Of a stretch of 16,827 bases of DNA, positions 16,506-16,827 are shown one piece after another (the stretch's first letter is position 1; the number at the start of each line of letters is the position of its first letter). The stretch comes from Chlamydiota bacterium. GTDB lineage: Bacteria > Auribacterota > Tritonobacteria > UBA1439. The DNA lies in the NCBI GenBank assembly GCA_037133055.1, contig JBAXOY010000067.1, positions 1 through 16,827 on the forward strand, in the 5' to 3' direction. Below the pieces are notes generated by a model. It ran no database searches. It had not been told where the DNA came from and was given only the letters and a program-made list of their open reading frames with translations. The position numbers were made by a program, and so were the translations under genes.

Positions 16506-16528
16506 AAATCCCAAAACCCAAATCCCAA
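16506..16528. repeat. Short heptamer tandem repeat (AAATCCC/AAAACCC x3)
   Basis: aaatccc aaaaccc aaatccc aa, located just 5' of the minus-strand operon's first start codon. Confidence 0.6.
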
Positions 16529-16606
16529 TGATGGAACCGAATCTTCCGCTCAGTTGTCGGATGGTCCCTGCGCGGGACCCGGTTGCCGCATCATCCGCGA
16601 GCCGCT

Positions 16607-16635
16607 ATTCTGTCCTAAAAGCGCCCCCCGGTCAA
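16607..16635 (-). promoter_or_regulatory. Putative sigma70 promoter for the minus-strand operon (TTGACC-N17-CAGAAT)
   Basis: On the minus strand: TTGACC (16635-16630), a 17-nt spacer, then CAGAAT (16612-16607), about 115 nt upstream of ATG 16490. Confidence 0.45.
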
Positions 16636-16667
16636 GCCCATCTTCGATTGACGGCTTTAACGCCGGG

Positions 16668-16818
16668 ACGCAGATGAACGCAGATCGTCGGGATGGACGC
16701 AGATAAGACCATGGAGTAAAGGTACAAGGGAAACGGATTTTTGGACGATCCGGGTATCCCGCCGCTTTTGTCCCCTTTTTGTATCCTGTCTATCCTGACA
16801 ATCTGCGTTCATCTGCGT
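16668..16818. repeat. REP/MITE-like inverted-repeat element built from ~10-bp ACGCAGATGA units
   Basis: A perfect 18-bp inverted repeat, acgcagatgaacgcagat (16668-16685)/atctgcgttcatctgcgt (16801-16818), is extended inward by an imperfect arm (16686-16705 vs 16782-16800). Confidence 0.75.
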
Positions 16819-16827
16819 GCGACAGTA

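Noticed and set aside
16668..16818. CRISPR array or tRNA
   Set aside because: There are only 2-3 short decamer units per arm in inverted orientation, no spacer periodicity, and no cloverleaf or T-loop motif.

Overview
This is a GC-rich bacterial window occupied almost entirely by a lipid-carrier-dependent (GT-C type) glycosylation locus, arranged as two convergent units. The + strand has an HPDE-motif PMT/ArnT-like membrane glycosyltransferase with a CBM-like module nested in an Fn3/Ig-like tail (212-2500), then a B12-binding radical SAM enzyme (2598-4055). The - strand has a tightly coupled operon from about 16490 to 4123. In order it encodes a DUF2298/'YYY' membrane protein, an ALG5-like GT2, a giant PMT-like + DUF2298 + 6x NHL propeller reading frame, a GT-C with an apparently circularly permuted ConA/DUF1080-like domain, a class I SAM methyltransferase, and a DPM-like GT2 with C-terminal TM helices. 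The most striking detail is a single in-frame TAG (12698-12700) in the giant frame, at a position where Tyr is expected. The same bases form an AGGAG Shine-Dalgarno 6 nt before an in-frame GTG, which suggests a one-base gene fission with re-initiation, readthrough, or an error. The right end holds heptamer repeats and a ~150-bp REP/MITE-like inverted-repeat element. All family calls are by eye from motifs; no searches were run.
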